From Lytechinus pictus (taxonomy: Eukaryota), in NCBI RefSeq assembly GCF_037042905.1, contig NC_087250.1, positions 25,360,001 through 25,424,000 on the forward strand: a DNA stretch of 64,000 bases, in the 5' to 3' direction. Of this stretch, positions 23,229 to 34,795 are shown piece after piece (position 1 is the stretch's first letter; each line of letters begins with the position of its first letter). A program made the position numbers and the translations under genes. The notes under the pieces were generated by a model. It was not told where the DNA came from, ran no database searches, and saw only the letters and a program-made list of their open reading frames with translations.

Positions 23229-24530
23229 ATGGCTGCTGCTCGGCCAATAGCTCCTGGGAGGCTCTTGCATTTGCTAAGTCTGAGAAGGCAAATCCAAAAC
23301 GTTCAAGACAGACATGTCATATTGATGGCCTTACTCATCCGTAGACGTCAAAGACATGCAAGGCAAAGAAGAAGGTGGTGGGTCAAACCCTGGATTGAGA
23401 GACGTGTGCTGTTTGGACAGTATGATAATCTGATGACGGAGTTGCAGAGAGAATATCAGGGTGACTTCCTGAACTACATGAGGATGCCACCAGAAACGTT
23501 CCTTGAACTGTTGCAGCGCATCACTCCGAGGATAGAGAAGTCCTATCGCTACCGGCAGCCACTGGATCCTGGGCTCAAACTGGCCATCACCTTGAGATAT
23601 CTTGCGACCGGCAACAGCTACAAAACCATGCAGTATGCCTTCCGTGTTGCCCATAATACCATCTCTCTGTTTATACCAGAGGTGTGCCAGGCCATCATCA
23701 GTGAATACCAAGATGAAGTATTTTCCTGTCCAACTACCCCAGATGAATGGAGAGAAGTGGCACGGACTTACGCTGACAGATGGAACTTTCATCATGTCTG
23801 CGGAGCCTTGGACGGAAAACACGTGGCCATCATAAATCCACCAGGCTCTGGTACGATCTACTACAACTACAAGGGTTTCTACAGCCTCATCCTCTTGGCC
23901 CTAGTTGATGGCAATTACAAGTTCCTCTGGGCTGACGTTGGTAATCCCGGTTCATCATCGGATGCCCAGGTCTTCAACCACAGCCCGCTGAGACGTGGAC
24001 TGGAGAATGGTACTCTTGGCCTGCCAGATCCAGAGCCCCTGCCAGATGATGACCGAGACACCCCTTACTTCTTAATTGGGGACGACGCCCTCACTCTCAG
24101 GACATGGATGCAGAAGCCGTACTCCAACCGTGAGCAGACCGACGAGGAGAGAATCTTCAACTACCGTCTCTCGAGGGCTCTCCGTGTGGTGGAGAACAGC
24201 TTTGGCATCCTTGCCCATCGCTGGAGATGCTTGTTGAGTACCCTACAGCTTGATCCAGAAAAGGCCAGGACAGTCATTATGGCCTGCATGTGCCTCCACA
24301 ACCTAATGAGAGATCGTTTTCCTGGGCTTCAGAACATTGACGTTGACCATGAAGATGAGTTGGGCAACCACATCCCTGGGGCATGGAGAAACGCAGCAGT
24401 TCTGCAGGATGTTGAACGAGTTGGCGGAGGCTACCAGGCAAACAAAGAGGGCAAGAAGCTGAGAACTTACCTGAAGCACTACTACAACAGTCCAGTTGGA
24501 AGCCTGCCCTGGCAACAACACATGATATAG
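23229..24530 (+). CDS. PIF/Harbinger transposase (DDE_Tnp_4, HARBI1/ALP1-like), 433 aa
   Basis: Motifs WVKPWI, RMPPETF, KLAITLRYLATG (HTH), GALDGKH, YYNYKGFYS, GSSSDAQVF, LIGDDA, FNYRLSRA..VVENSFGILAHRW, CMCLHN. Confidence 0.95.
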   Translation: MAAARPIAPGRLLHLLSLRRQIQNVQDRHVILMALLIRRRQRHARQRRRWWVKPWIERRVLFGQYDNLMTELQREYQGDFLNYMRMPPETFLELLQRITPRIEKSYRYRQPLDPGLKLAITLRYLATGNSYKTMQYAFRVAHNTISLFIPEVCQAIISEYQDEVFSCPTTPDEWREVARTYADRWNFHHVCGALDGKHVAIINPPGSGTIYYNYKGFYSLILLALVDGNYKFLWADVGNPGSSSDAQVFNHSPLRRGLENGTLGLPDPEPLPDDDRDTPYFLIGDDALTLRTWMQKPYSNREQTDEERIFNYRLSRALRVVENSFGILAHRWRCLLSTLQLDPEKARTVIMACMCLHNLMRDRFPGLQNIDVDHEDELGNHIPGAWRNAAVLQDVERVGGGYQANKEGKKLRTYLKHYYNSPVGSLPWQQHMI

Positions 24531-25040
24531 ACTGCCACTTGGCGCACTACTTGGGATACAGCACAGACTCTGCCATAAAAATGGCATGTAAACTTCGATC
24601 ATGATTTTGTGGAATGAATCATTTCAAAGTAGAAATGAATGACCATGTCAACAGTTATTTTAAACATACATTACTTTTACATCGAAAGGTAGTTTGAAAT
24701 TTAAAAAGTTAACTCTCCTTAATAACATGTGTTTGAAATAAAATAATGAAGGAGAACATGTTTGAAAAAATGTGATTTATGAGAATAAAAAAGATGTACA
24801 GATATAACATATTTTCTTTTGTCATTAATCATGTTGTTTTAAACATGATATATATTTTTCAAAGACATTTTATTAACGATAATTAATTGTATTGACTATG
24901 TTAATGTTTAAAATAAAGTTTGAAATAAATGTTCCAAAATGGGTCAGTTGTAAATTAAATTGAGAGAGTTCATCAAGTAACAATAACAATCCAAACAAAA
25001 GTTCACTGTTCATTTTCTTTATTTGACAAGTCTGACAAGT

Positions 25041-26256
25041 TCAAATGGATGATGATTGATGTGACGGCGCTGTTGCTGCCTCCTTGATTTAGTGGAATGG
25101 ATCATTTCAAAGAAGAAATGAATGATCATGTCAACATTTATTTAAAAAAAAAATTTCTTTGACAATGAAATGTTTGAAATAATAAACGTTGATTCTCCTT
25201 TAATAGCATTTATTTGAAAGGTGGTCCGCCCGATCCTGGTAGCGGCTCACCAAGTTGAAAGTGTCCCTGGTGAACTCTCGCCAGAGGGGTCTTGGGAGTG
25301 GGCGGGCGGCCTGAAGCATCCATTCTAGCCAGGCCTGCCTCTCGTCAGCGCCTTGGGTGCGTGCCGCATCCACCTGGCTCCGGATGGCCGTCTGCTCGGT
25401 GGATGTTCTGATGAATTCCAGGAGGGCCTTGTCCTCATCGGTTGGCGGCCCCCTCTTCTGCCTCTTTTTGGGAGGTGCAGCCCCCTGGCTGGAGACTTGG
25501 TTGGAGCTGGGTGCTTGGCTGGCATCTGGACCCTCCTCATCTAAACCCTCTTCGTCGGAGGCGGCTTCAGTAATTCGGCCACTGAGGTGGCCCAGTTGGC
25601 AGCCCTGGGACCGATGGACTATGTGCTTCGTCAGAAAACCAAGGTTGTTATTGACCCATCTCTGCCTGGGGTAAGGACGATGGCCTTCTGACCATTCTTC
25701 TTTCCAGCGGTCTTCATCTTCCCCAGGATGGTCCTCTGGCTTTTATACCATGTCGGCCACTGAAAATATACAAAATGTAGAAGCAAGAAATTAGTCAACA
25801 TCCAAAAAATTGGCATGTTTAACTAATAAACATCATCAATAAATCGGAATGTGCATATTTTTCAGCTACTACTTACCGGTGACTCCCAGCTTTTCCGCCA
25901 TCTCCATGTACTTGCGCTCCTTCTTCTTAGAGTTTTTGAAGTCCACCTTGCTCTTGTCGTAGATGAACTCATTGTCAGCGAAAAACTCGGCCAGCTCCTG
26001 CTCCATGGCTTTGGTGATACCGCAGGTAGCATGGCCACCTGTCACGTTGTTCTCATCACTGGCGGCGGCTGGTGGATCTTGGCCCCCTTCCTGCTGCATT
26101 TCATCATCCTCGGTCTGGGCTTCACCAAATTCATCACCCTCATCACCAGCTATGACAGAAGCAGTAGCTTTCTCCTCGGCCACGGGTATAGGCTGGGGCC
26201 CTTCCTCCTCATCAGGCTGATTTTTCCTCTTTTTCCTTGACTTCTTTGGGGGCCAT
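25041..26256 (-). pseudogene. Harbinger second gene (MADF/Myb-like DNA-binding protein), two exons, frameshifted
   Basis: Reconstructed MAPKKSRKKRK...EQELAEFFADNEFIYDKSKVDFKNSKKKERKYMEMAEKLGVT | intron 25876-25760 | TWYKSQRTILGK...RQRWVNNNLGFLTKHI...ERQAWLEWM..LPRPLWREFTRDTFNLVSRY; needs three frameshifts. Confidence 0.8.
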
Positions 26257-26966
26257 GCCGATGTTTGTATTTTGGTTGTGTCTTGTTCACTGTAGCAGCG
26301 TCTCGTCAGGCATCAGCGGTTGTAATGAAGAAAGTCGCATCGCGTGTCGTATTTATAGGCCAACACCTCGCGCGACAGGTGGTGCGGTGTGTCGCACAAT
26401 GGGTCGTAGCCTTGTACGATCGGTTGTAGTAGTCGTACAACGGGTCGCTAGGTCGCGCGACATATGGCGCTACAAAACGTATATGTCGTGCGACTTGGTC
26501 GCATCATCGTTCAACCGTTGCAGCCGTTGTACGACTGTTGCACCCGGAAACATGAAAATAATCGCACGATTACGTCTCACGACTGTTGTATCCTGGTGCA
26601 GTGGTCGTTCACCTCTCGCACGATTTTATATATTGCTTGCGACTCAAAGACAACACTTCTACAACAGGACGGAAAAAATATTTTCGAAAAAAAAATTATC
26701 GCACTAGTGAGGCGCCAATTGTGAAAGGGGCTTTAGGTGTGCGGTGGTCTTAACGTGCTTAACCCTCGCCAATAATTATAAAATTTGCAACAAGAAAGGA
26801 TCACCAGTCATTCTTACAGTCGCTCTTAACTTACGAAAAGCTTTATGAAACGGCCCCCAGGGTCCCGTTGCTATCAAATGGTAACTACCGAGGTAACGCT
26901 GATCAACAGCCAGTCAAGGATTTCATACAAGTTACCTTTGGTTGGCAAAATTACCATAATGGTAAC

Positions 26967-27345
26967 TTGATTGATTGATTGATTTTATTCGTCTAAAATA
27001 TCACAGGAGATTACAATGAAATTGAAGAATACCTTGACAGGATAGCCCATGAAAGCCGAAAGGCTTATTTCCAATGGGATAGTTAAATACAAAAAGTATA
27101 AACTGCGACAAATACTGGAATAAGGTACAAACAAAATAAATAAATACATATTCATCAGTGAAATACTTTTTTTGCAAAACATCTGAAGCACCCAATAATC
27201 TTCCTAATATATAAAACAAGATTATATTTTAACATACCCTGTATTATCTACAATACTAGAAACCAACTGTAGAAAATGTGTGAATTTTACTGGTAATACT
27301 GTTCTCAAGTAGCTTCCAGTTTGGGGTGCTTCTTTAATTCACTCT
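26967..27345 (-). mobile_element. LINE 3' end (CR1/L2-like) with AATAAA-(ATCA)n tail
   Basis: Minus strand ends aataaaatcaatcaatcaatcaa; FKSELKKH-like C-terminal remnant near 27350; interrupts a MITE that is intact in the paralog at about 49560-49680. Confidence 0.55.
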
Positions 27346-28586
27346 TAAATAGTAATTTCTCCGTTAACCTTAACTAATTGTGTTATAGTACTTTTCTTCT
27401 TGTTAGATTGTAATAGTTGACTAAAATACCTTGTATCCCTTTCTCCACTTTCGTACCATGTCGCACGAGACCGAATTTTAATACCTTCATTAATGTAATC
27501 GTAACTGTCTGCAAGTTCTTTTCTTTTCTTTTCTATCTTTTTAATCAATTCTTCATCTACTGAATTTACGAAACTACCTTCTAAACATTCCAATTCCTTT
27601 TCGAGAGATTCTTTTTTCATTTTTTTTTCCTTAGCCAGTTTTTTCGAAAAAGTTCTTGTGAAAGACATTATTTTCATTTTCAAATAATCCCATACAACTC
27701 TTCTATCTTTAACTTCTGTCTTTATTTTCTCCTTTAATGTAAGTATTTCTGTTTTCCTCTTTTTCACATATTCTACATTACCACAAAGGCTATTATTAAA
27801 TTTCCAATAAGAACCATTCTTTTTACGCATTTCCTTATCAGTTTTATCATACAGGAACAAAAAAATAGCTGAATGGTCAGGAGCTATAGATGGTAAAATT
27901 TTGCACCTGATAACAACATTTACAAATTCGTCTGATATTAGCCAATGATCTAATCTGCTTTGCATAAACGGATTATTTTTAGTGAAGGTAAATTGTCTTT
28001 TCAATGGATTTCTCTCTCTCCATATGTCTATTAATTGTAGTTCCTCCATGAAATTTTCTACTTCTTTACTAACGTTGTCATGTATTTTTTGTTTCACTGT
28101 TCCATTATAATCTAATTCAGAATTCATAATATTATTAAAATCTCCTCCCATTAAAACAGGTTTATTACAACTATTAATTTTATTCAATTTTATAAGCATA
28201 TCCTTTAAAAATTTTATTTGATGATTTTCTTTATCCCTCGTCGGTAAGTAAACATTACAAAGGACCATTCTATGTCCTTGGATTTCACAATCAATGAGTA
28301 TGTATCGCCCTTCGTCATCTTGTTTTATATTTATAAGTTTAAAGTCTATTGAGGTTTTGATAAGAATGAGTACTCCTCTGCTATGATTTGATCCATGACT
28401 ATAGTAACATGACCCATCCCACCCAGAACTCCATCTATCCTCTACATCTTTTGTACTATACGTCTCCTGTAAAAAAATTACATCCCCTTTTTCTTTGCAC
28501 CATAAAAATATTCGTCCCCTTTTCGCGCATTCTCTTATTCCTCTAACATTTAAGGAAACAAAATTACAATTTAAACATCTATTCAT
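27345..28586 (-). CDS. Tx1/L1-clade LINE ORF2 N-terminus (APE endonuclease), truncated before RT
   Basis: SLNVRGI, DVIFLQETY, HSRGV, NVYLP, MGGDFN, LIDIWR, SRLDHWLIS, DHSAI, then YWKFNNSL, WDYLK, IRSRATWYESGERDTRYF. Confidence 0.9.
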   Translation of the reverse strand: MNRCLNCNFVSLNVRGIRECAKRGRIFLWCKEKGDVIFLQETYSTKDVEDRWSSGWDGSCYYSHGSNHSRGVLILIKTSIDFKLINIKQDDEGRYILIDCEIQGHRMVLCNVYLPTRDKENHQIKFLKDMLIKLNKINSCNKPVLMGGDFNNIMNSELDYNGTVKQKIHDNVSKEVENFMEELQLIDIWRERNPLKRQFTFTKNNPFMQSRLDHWLISDEFVNVVIRCKILPSIAPDHSAIFLFLYDKTDKEMRKKNGSYWKFNNSLCGNVEYVKKRKTEILTLKEKIKTEVKDRRVVWDYLKMKIMSFTRTFSKKLAKEKKMKKESLEKELECLEGSFVNSVDEELIKKIEKKRKELADSYDYINEGIKIRSRATWYESGERDTRYFSQLLQSNKKKSTITQLVKVNGEITI

Positions 28587-29899
28587 AAAGAAAATCTAAA
28601 AAGATCATTCTACCATTTTTATTGTATAAAAACTTTAAGATTTTCACTACGTTATTTATAGGGAGAGTGAGGAATAGACATACCAACATATTTCCTAGTG
28701 TAACTGCAGTACATAGTCCAATGGTAAACTCTAATTTATTGCGCCATTGTTCAAAACAAAAATAAATGTCTATCAATTCGAGTATTACTATCCCTTCCAT
28801 GTAGAACATTATCTCTAAGAATCCTAAAAAAGGTGCTCGTAATACCTGCAAGTAAAAAAAGAAGGGAAGGAATCCCATCTCTACGACCTTCTCCAAAGCA
28901 ACACTCCCTCACAGCTCACCGTTCTTTACAGGTTGCTGTAGTATTTCCAAGAATAATAATCTACCCCTAATTGTTGTCTTTTTTCTTTGTTATAATCTCA
29001 TTGAATTTAAACGAAATAGCTGTAAATAAAATCAATAATGAAAAAAAGAAAAACTGACATGCATTCAATCAGCATATACAGCATTAATAAGTTAAGTTTT
29101 AAACTTACACATACTAAGCAAGTAATTTTTTATGTTAATAATAACCTATCCCCCACAAAACAATACAAGTTAAATAATGGTACATGTTTAAATGAAACAC
29201 AACCAAACAAAGTCCCAAAGCATTCCAAATCCCCTTGTTTCTATAACTAAAAAAACAACTTTCAAACAGTCCTGAGATTCACATTTTGGTAACCAAACAC
29301 CTAATCCCTATATAACAATATACCAAAGTCATGATATTGGATTCCATATGAGCATATTAAAGGTGTTACACTTTAAGGAATTAAATCACACTATTCCCAT
29401 CATTAATGCCAGGAATAAAGAACGAAATACTTATGTAACAATAATTTCCACTGAAGGTAATGCATTTATGTACCTAATCATTGGTTCAAAACAACAAACC
29501 TTGCATTTTGGGACATTGTATTGAGAATAACTTCCTTTTGAATATTTAGTTCTATCTTGTACAAAAGGAACACCTGGTATTCTTTTCTTTCTTAAAATCT
29601 AAGCAAACAAACACTTGGAGCAAACTATTACAATAATAGGCACGTTCCACAAGTAAGCATTTGTAACATATAAGTATTCAAGTACCATATTATCACATGA
29701 CAAAATCCTAGCCTAAGGTTGTTGAACCGTCGTCAGAATTATGATTTTTCAAATTCCATTATACTCAATACATATATTGCAGAATTGCAGTAATCAAGAT
29801 GTTGTCCTTAAATTCTAAGAAAATCTCAAGAATTGTGATTTTTTCATATTACTGCATATACAAAAAAAAAATAAAGATCCAAAATGTTACTTCTTTGTT

Positions 29900-31190
29900 T
29901 GAATTCGCTTTGGTTTCCCCAATTAATGCAAGAATGAACAAGAGATGCGACCATGCGCAACCCCCTAATGCAAGTCACCATATACCTCAATCAGTGCCTC
30001 ATGTTTCAAATAATCAAAGAAAAAACTGAACATCGTGCCTCTCCTTTGGTATTTGTGCAACATTCCTCAAGCCTGTGAGCATACTGGTGGTCTTGTTCTT
30101 TTCTCTAATTCTATAGGCCTAATTTGTGTAATGAATGAAGACCAAAAAAAAAGCTTTAAAAGCAAGCAGTACAATACTTTGTGTTCCTAATCACTGCTTC
30201 AAGACAATAAACTTGCATTTCGTAATACATTTCAGGCTGCCCTTTTATTTCAAATTCATCCCTGCATCAATTGGGAAAGAAGAAAAGGCAACACTTTGTT
30301 ATTTTTTTGATATCCAAACAAATAGACACTTAAACATACATACTCCTGCTATTCAAGTATCTAACACATTACAACAGGAAAGTTTCCCCATTTTAAGGAT
30401 TTGCTCTCCTTTTCAAAATTCTCCCTTTTTTAAATTCCACTGTACCGTAGTACAAGAATGACCAGATTGCATTATTCTGGCTTTGCTTCTTTTTTGTAAG
30501 ATACTCTCAAGAGTTATTTCTTTTCATAAGGCATTGAAAATTCAAGGTGTTATTTTGTTTATATAGATTCACCTTGTTAACTTAATTCTTAGAGGATGAA
30601 AACGAGAAGCGATCATGCGCAACTCACCATAACGTTAATGCTATGTTTTGCACACCAATCAATGCCTCGAACACTCCAAATTCCATCTTATGATTCTAAT
30701 TATAAACAAAAACTTCATATTATCCCTCATTGAATATGAGCCACATTCCCGAGCCGGGCAAGCAATATTAATAGTGTTGCTCCTGTATAAATAGGCACTC
30801 CAATTCTATGGGCCTTATTTCTTTCTTCATACATTATAATGTATGAAGAAAGAAATGCTTGTCTAACATTAAATACTACTAACAATCAATACGATGTTTT
30901 ACGTTCCTCATAATCAGTTCTTCAAACAATAAACTTTGCACTTCCTGGGTAAGATATTTCAGGATGTCCCCCATTAAAATGTTCCAGATTTATCCTTGCT
31001 TTGCTTGGGAAAAAAGAAAAGGATACACTTGTTATTCCTTTTGATTTTGAAATCTAACCATATAGGCACTTAATTGCAACTATTCAACAAACATAATAGG
31101 TTTACATTTGCAACAAGGAAATTTGCCATTCTTAAGGATTTGCAACATTTTTTCAAACTTCTCTCTCCTCTCTCTTATTTTCAACTACCA
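29900..31190. repeat. Diverged tandem duplication (about 670 bp offset)
   Basis: gcgaccatgcgcaac at 29947 versus gcgatcatgcgcaac at 30609; ttgggaaa-aagaaaagg and ttaaggatttgc in both copies. Confidence 0.6.
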
Positions 31191-32719
31191 CAATATGCCT
31201 GATACAAAATAAAATAATAAAAATAACGATCGATGATACATGTGTGTGTTGTGGCCAAAGCATGTATTACATTAATAATAGGCGCCCGGATCAGGTCAGA
31301 GCATATTTTTAAAATGTATGTTCGTGCTTCTTGCTCGCAGTTATCATCTAGTTACATTTGCATCTCGTTTTGAAGATCACAAACATATTGCTTATCATAT
31401 TAAAAAAACAAATATAGCTCGCGCTTCGCGCTCGCATTGTTTAAAAAGGTCTTATGATGTATTACATATTTACTTTATTTTATAAGAATACAGCTAATTA
31501 TTGATTGTTAGGACTACCCTTTCAAAGAAACAAACAAAATTCAAGTTTAATCTGCTGATCGGGGAAAATATGGGTGAAAAATATTTCGCCCCCCCCCCCC
31601 TATTGGCGAAAGTTGGATCCGCCGGGGGGGGGGGGGGGGGCATGGGGGACTTGCACCTCAAAAAGAAAAACAAACAGGGAAATGCTATTTTTCCAAAATG
31701 GAAAACCCCTTTTAAAAATGTGCCGTTTTCCGAAATAAAATACTCTTTTAAAGTATAGTACATTTTAGATTAGTTTTCAGGCTGGAATACTACAAATTTT
31801 CAGCTCGCGCTTTGCACTCTCAATTATTCGATTGGTGAAATATGTATCCTAAAGAGGTCACTAAATGCATTCTTTAACAGGTTCCTTTTCTGGTCAGTAT
31901 ATTTAAGCTCGCGCTTTGCGCTCGTGTTAATTCTTTAGTTAGATTCACATCTTTTTAATGACAGCAGAAACCTGCTCGGATTTTTTTATTTTCATTTCTT
32001 ATCGAAATGCTCTTAAGTTTTAGCTTGTGATTCACGCTCGCAACACCCCGCAATAATGCCATTTTAAGAATAATTGAACCCAAAAAACGAATTTTACAAC
32101 TTCAGCCTTGAAATGTTTTTCCAAGCCGCTCGCTCTTTATAGTCTCTCGCGAAAAATAAAGTCTAAATATACATTTTCCATAATCAGAAGTCACTTCAAA
32201 AAGGCTTTACTCTACTTATAAAACACACAATGATTTCACGCAACAACGAAAAGTTGTTCGACCGCCCTTGCCTTCCCATTCTCATAACAATTGAACAGCA
32301 ACGGTGAATCGTTCAAATTCTATGAAAATTGTTGCAATGTAATGATTTATTTCTATTCTGAAAGAATTAAGTTTGAATGATATCATTTATAGTTCATGAT
32401 AATAATAATAATCAGTTTTATATAGCAATAAAAACAAATAATAAATATGTTTCTATGCGCTAACCTCTTCAATTTCAATTTTTCTTTAAATATACCGAGA
32501 AAGTGAAAATGTACTGATGAAGAGATACAATAAAGTTCATTGTAAGCACAGGAGAAAAGATTGCCATAGAGCGAAAAACAAATCAAGACACCACGACGTA
32601 AAGTAGAAACCCAAAGTTATAAACGGGAGGTGGAAAATAAGCTTATTTTCTCTACCTCTATAAGGAGGGGAGGGTGGGTTCGTGTAGGGTGTGCGCATGT
32701 GCGGGGTTGACCAAGCTTT

Positions 32720-33130
32720 ACCATTGTAGACTGCCCTTATACTTTCTTTTCCTTCTTTTTTTCTTTAGATTTAACTGCTTTCTCTCTTACTTTCTTTCTA
32801 TCTTTCCCTTTTTTCTGTCTTTCCTTCTTTCTTTTTGTCTCGCTCGCTCTTTCTTTCTTTTCATTTCGTTCTTTCTCTCTTTATTTCTTTCTTTCTTTCC
32901 TTCTTTCTTTCTTTCTTTCTTTTTTTTTTCTTTCTTCCTTCCTTCTTTCCTTCCTTCCTATCTTTCTTTCTTTCTTTCTTCCTTCCTTCCTATCCTTCCT
33001 TCTTTCTTCCTATCTTTCTCTTTTTTTCTTTCTATTCTTTCTTTCAGTTTTTCTTTCTCCTTTTCTTTTTTATACTTTCTTTCTTTCTATTCACCTTGCT
33101 GTCTTAATGTTTTCCGTTTCTTTCTTTTTT
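32720..33130. repeat. Polypyrimidine (TTTC/TTCC)n microsatellite
   Basis: Direct reading. Confidence 0.95.
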
Positions 33131-33264
33131 GCAGTAGGCCTATAACTATCTTTATGTATGTCTGTATGTATCTTTCCTTCCTTCATTTCTTATGATATCG
33201 TGTGTGCGTGTGTATTTTTTTGCCTGTGTTCAGGTATTCTGAAGTGCAAAATGTTGTTTTGTAT

Positions 33265-33780
33265 CGCATACATTCGTAATTCCGAAGCTTCGTTATTCCG
33301 AAGGTTCGGATATTCCAAAGGTTCGTTATTCCGAATGTTCGTAATTCCGAAGGTTCGTTAGTCCGAAAACGAAATAAGGTTCATAATTCCGAAGGTTCGT
33401 TAGTCCGAAAACGAAATGAAGTTCGTAATTCCGAAGGTTCGTTAATCCGAAAAAGAAATGAGGTTCGTAATTCCGAAGGTTCGTTAGTCCGAAAATTAAA
33501 TGATTAACTAACCTTATTTCGTTTTCGGATTAACGAACCTTCGGAACAACAAACCATATTTCGTTTTCGGACTAACGAACCTTCGGAACAACAAACCTTA
33601 TTTCGTTTTCGGATTAACGAACCTTCGGAATAACGAACCTTCGGAATAAGGCCACAAATGTTCGGATTAACGAACCCTTTTACGTTTTCGGATTAACGAA
33701 CATCGAAGTATAGGCAATTTGCGTGTTTCGGAATTACGAACCTTCGGAATAAAGAACCTTCGGAATTACGAAGTGTAACC
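33265..33780. mobile_element. Palindromic MITE built of TTCGTAATTCCGAAGG units (copies 55529-55958 and partial 49744-49992)
   Basis: Ends cgcatacattcg / cgaagtgtaacc; TSD gttttgtat/gttttgtaa; empty site at about 36317. Confidence 0.85.
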
Positions 33781-33876
33781 GTTTTGTAAAGTGTCTATTT
33801 TCGTTCTTTTATTTTGTGTGCATGTGGATGGAGCACTCGATTCCCTTTTTATAATTACTCTTTCATTGTAATTTCA

Positions 33877-34115
33877 CACTGTAAAAACTGTGGTGTTAAA
33901 ACTGGCACCAATAGGTGCTACCAGAGGACCACACCCTGAGGTGTTAAAATAACACCCTAGAGATTGAACATAACACCAAAGAGTGTAAATGTAACAACCA
34001 TGTGTGTTGTAATAACACATATAGGTGTAAAACTAACACCACCAATTTAACACCAGTGTAAAATAACTGGTGTGGTCTTCTATGTACACCGGTTAACACC
34101 ACAGTTTTTGCTGTG
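33877..34115. mobile_element. CACTA/EnSpm-like MITE with 2-bp TSD
   Basis: CA-cactgtaaaaactgtggtgttaa / ttaacaccacagtttttgctgtg-CA; empty site atttcattga at about 36407. Confidence 0.75.
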
Positions 34116-34795
34116 CATTGATTATAGTGTATCTGGTAATCATTTTCTACAAACTTCTTTATATTTGACATGACTACCCAATATGTTAATTGATATTGAA
34201 ATTGTTTGGCATATTATAAATACTTTATTACTTTGTACCTTTATGCATTTGTTCATAATTGTAACGTTTTGCAATGTAGGATATGAACTGAATGAATTTA
34301 ATTAATGTTATTAAAAACAGAATTCTTCATAATTTCAAACAATGTTGATCGAAGGTTCATAAATATATAAGTAAATGAACTTCATGAAGCACGAGTTTTT
34401 CCCCCTTTTATTTTTTTGGCATCAGTTTCTGATTATGATTTCATAAAAACATTATTGATAATATTTTAGATTGTTCAACAGGTACTAAATGAGAGGAAGA
34501 AGAAAAACAAGAAGAAGAAGAGGAAGAAGAAAAAGAAGGATATGATGACGAAGAAGGAGAAGAAGAAGAAAAAGGAGACCTTTGTGTCATTGTGACCAGC
34601 AGATATTACCGGCATCATAATACTAAATGGCTAATTACCTGTTATTACCTTTAATATAATTAACTGAGACATGTGAGAAGAGCCCTGATTTTGAACGGCA
34701 ATTAAACCTCCATCCTCTTATTTACTTGAGGGTACACTGTATGTTTTATGCGACAATTAAAAGGTGTCTGATTTCGTGGAAATAATCTTTATCAA

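Larger units (their letters stand above)
22788..26732 (+). mobile_element. Full-length PIF/Harbinger DNA transposon (about 3.95 kb)
   Basis: 17-bp perfect TIRs AGCCCCTTTCACAATTG / CAATTGTGAAAGGGGCT, TWA flanks, convergent transposase and MADF-like genes, subterminal tgtacga/tcgtaca repeats. Confidence 0.93.
22463..26750. mobile_element. MITE B (Harbinger-type), split by the autonomous Harbinger
   Basis: gggcgaccgcacaccttacga ... gtcgtaa[Harbinger]ggtgtgcggtggtct; TTA/TAA flanks; empty site ttcttacgcg at about 49452. Confidence 0.8.
22395..26858. mobile_element. Outer MITE A, hosting MITE B and the Harbinger element
   Basis: cttcacaaagctgttcgtaagttaagagcgac / gtcgctcttaacttacgaaaagctttatgaa; paralogous copy at 49111-49555. 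Confidence 0.75.

Noticed and set aside
22715..23270. Several overlapping ORFs here and at 26237-26724
   Set aside because: They span Harbinger subterminal repeat regions that are stop-poor by composition.
32674..33195. 173-aa and 90-aa Phe/Leu/Ser-rich ORFs
   Set aside because: Translation of a polypyrimidine microsatellite.
33290..33770. CRISPR-like palindromic repeats (TTCCGAAGGTTCG)
   Set aside because: No unique spacers; it is the body of a TSD-flanked MITE present three times.
34490..34580. Acidic coding exon (GAA-rich; also about 36800-36895)
   Set aside because: Low-complexity (GAA)n tract whose duplicates differ in length; no supported exon chain.
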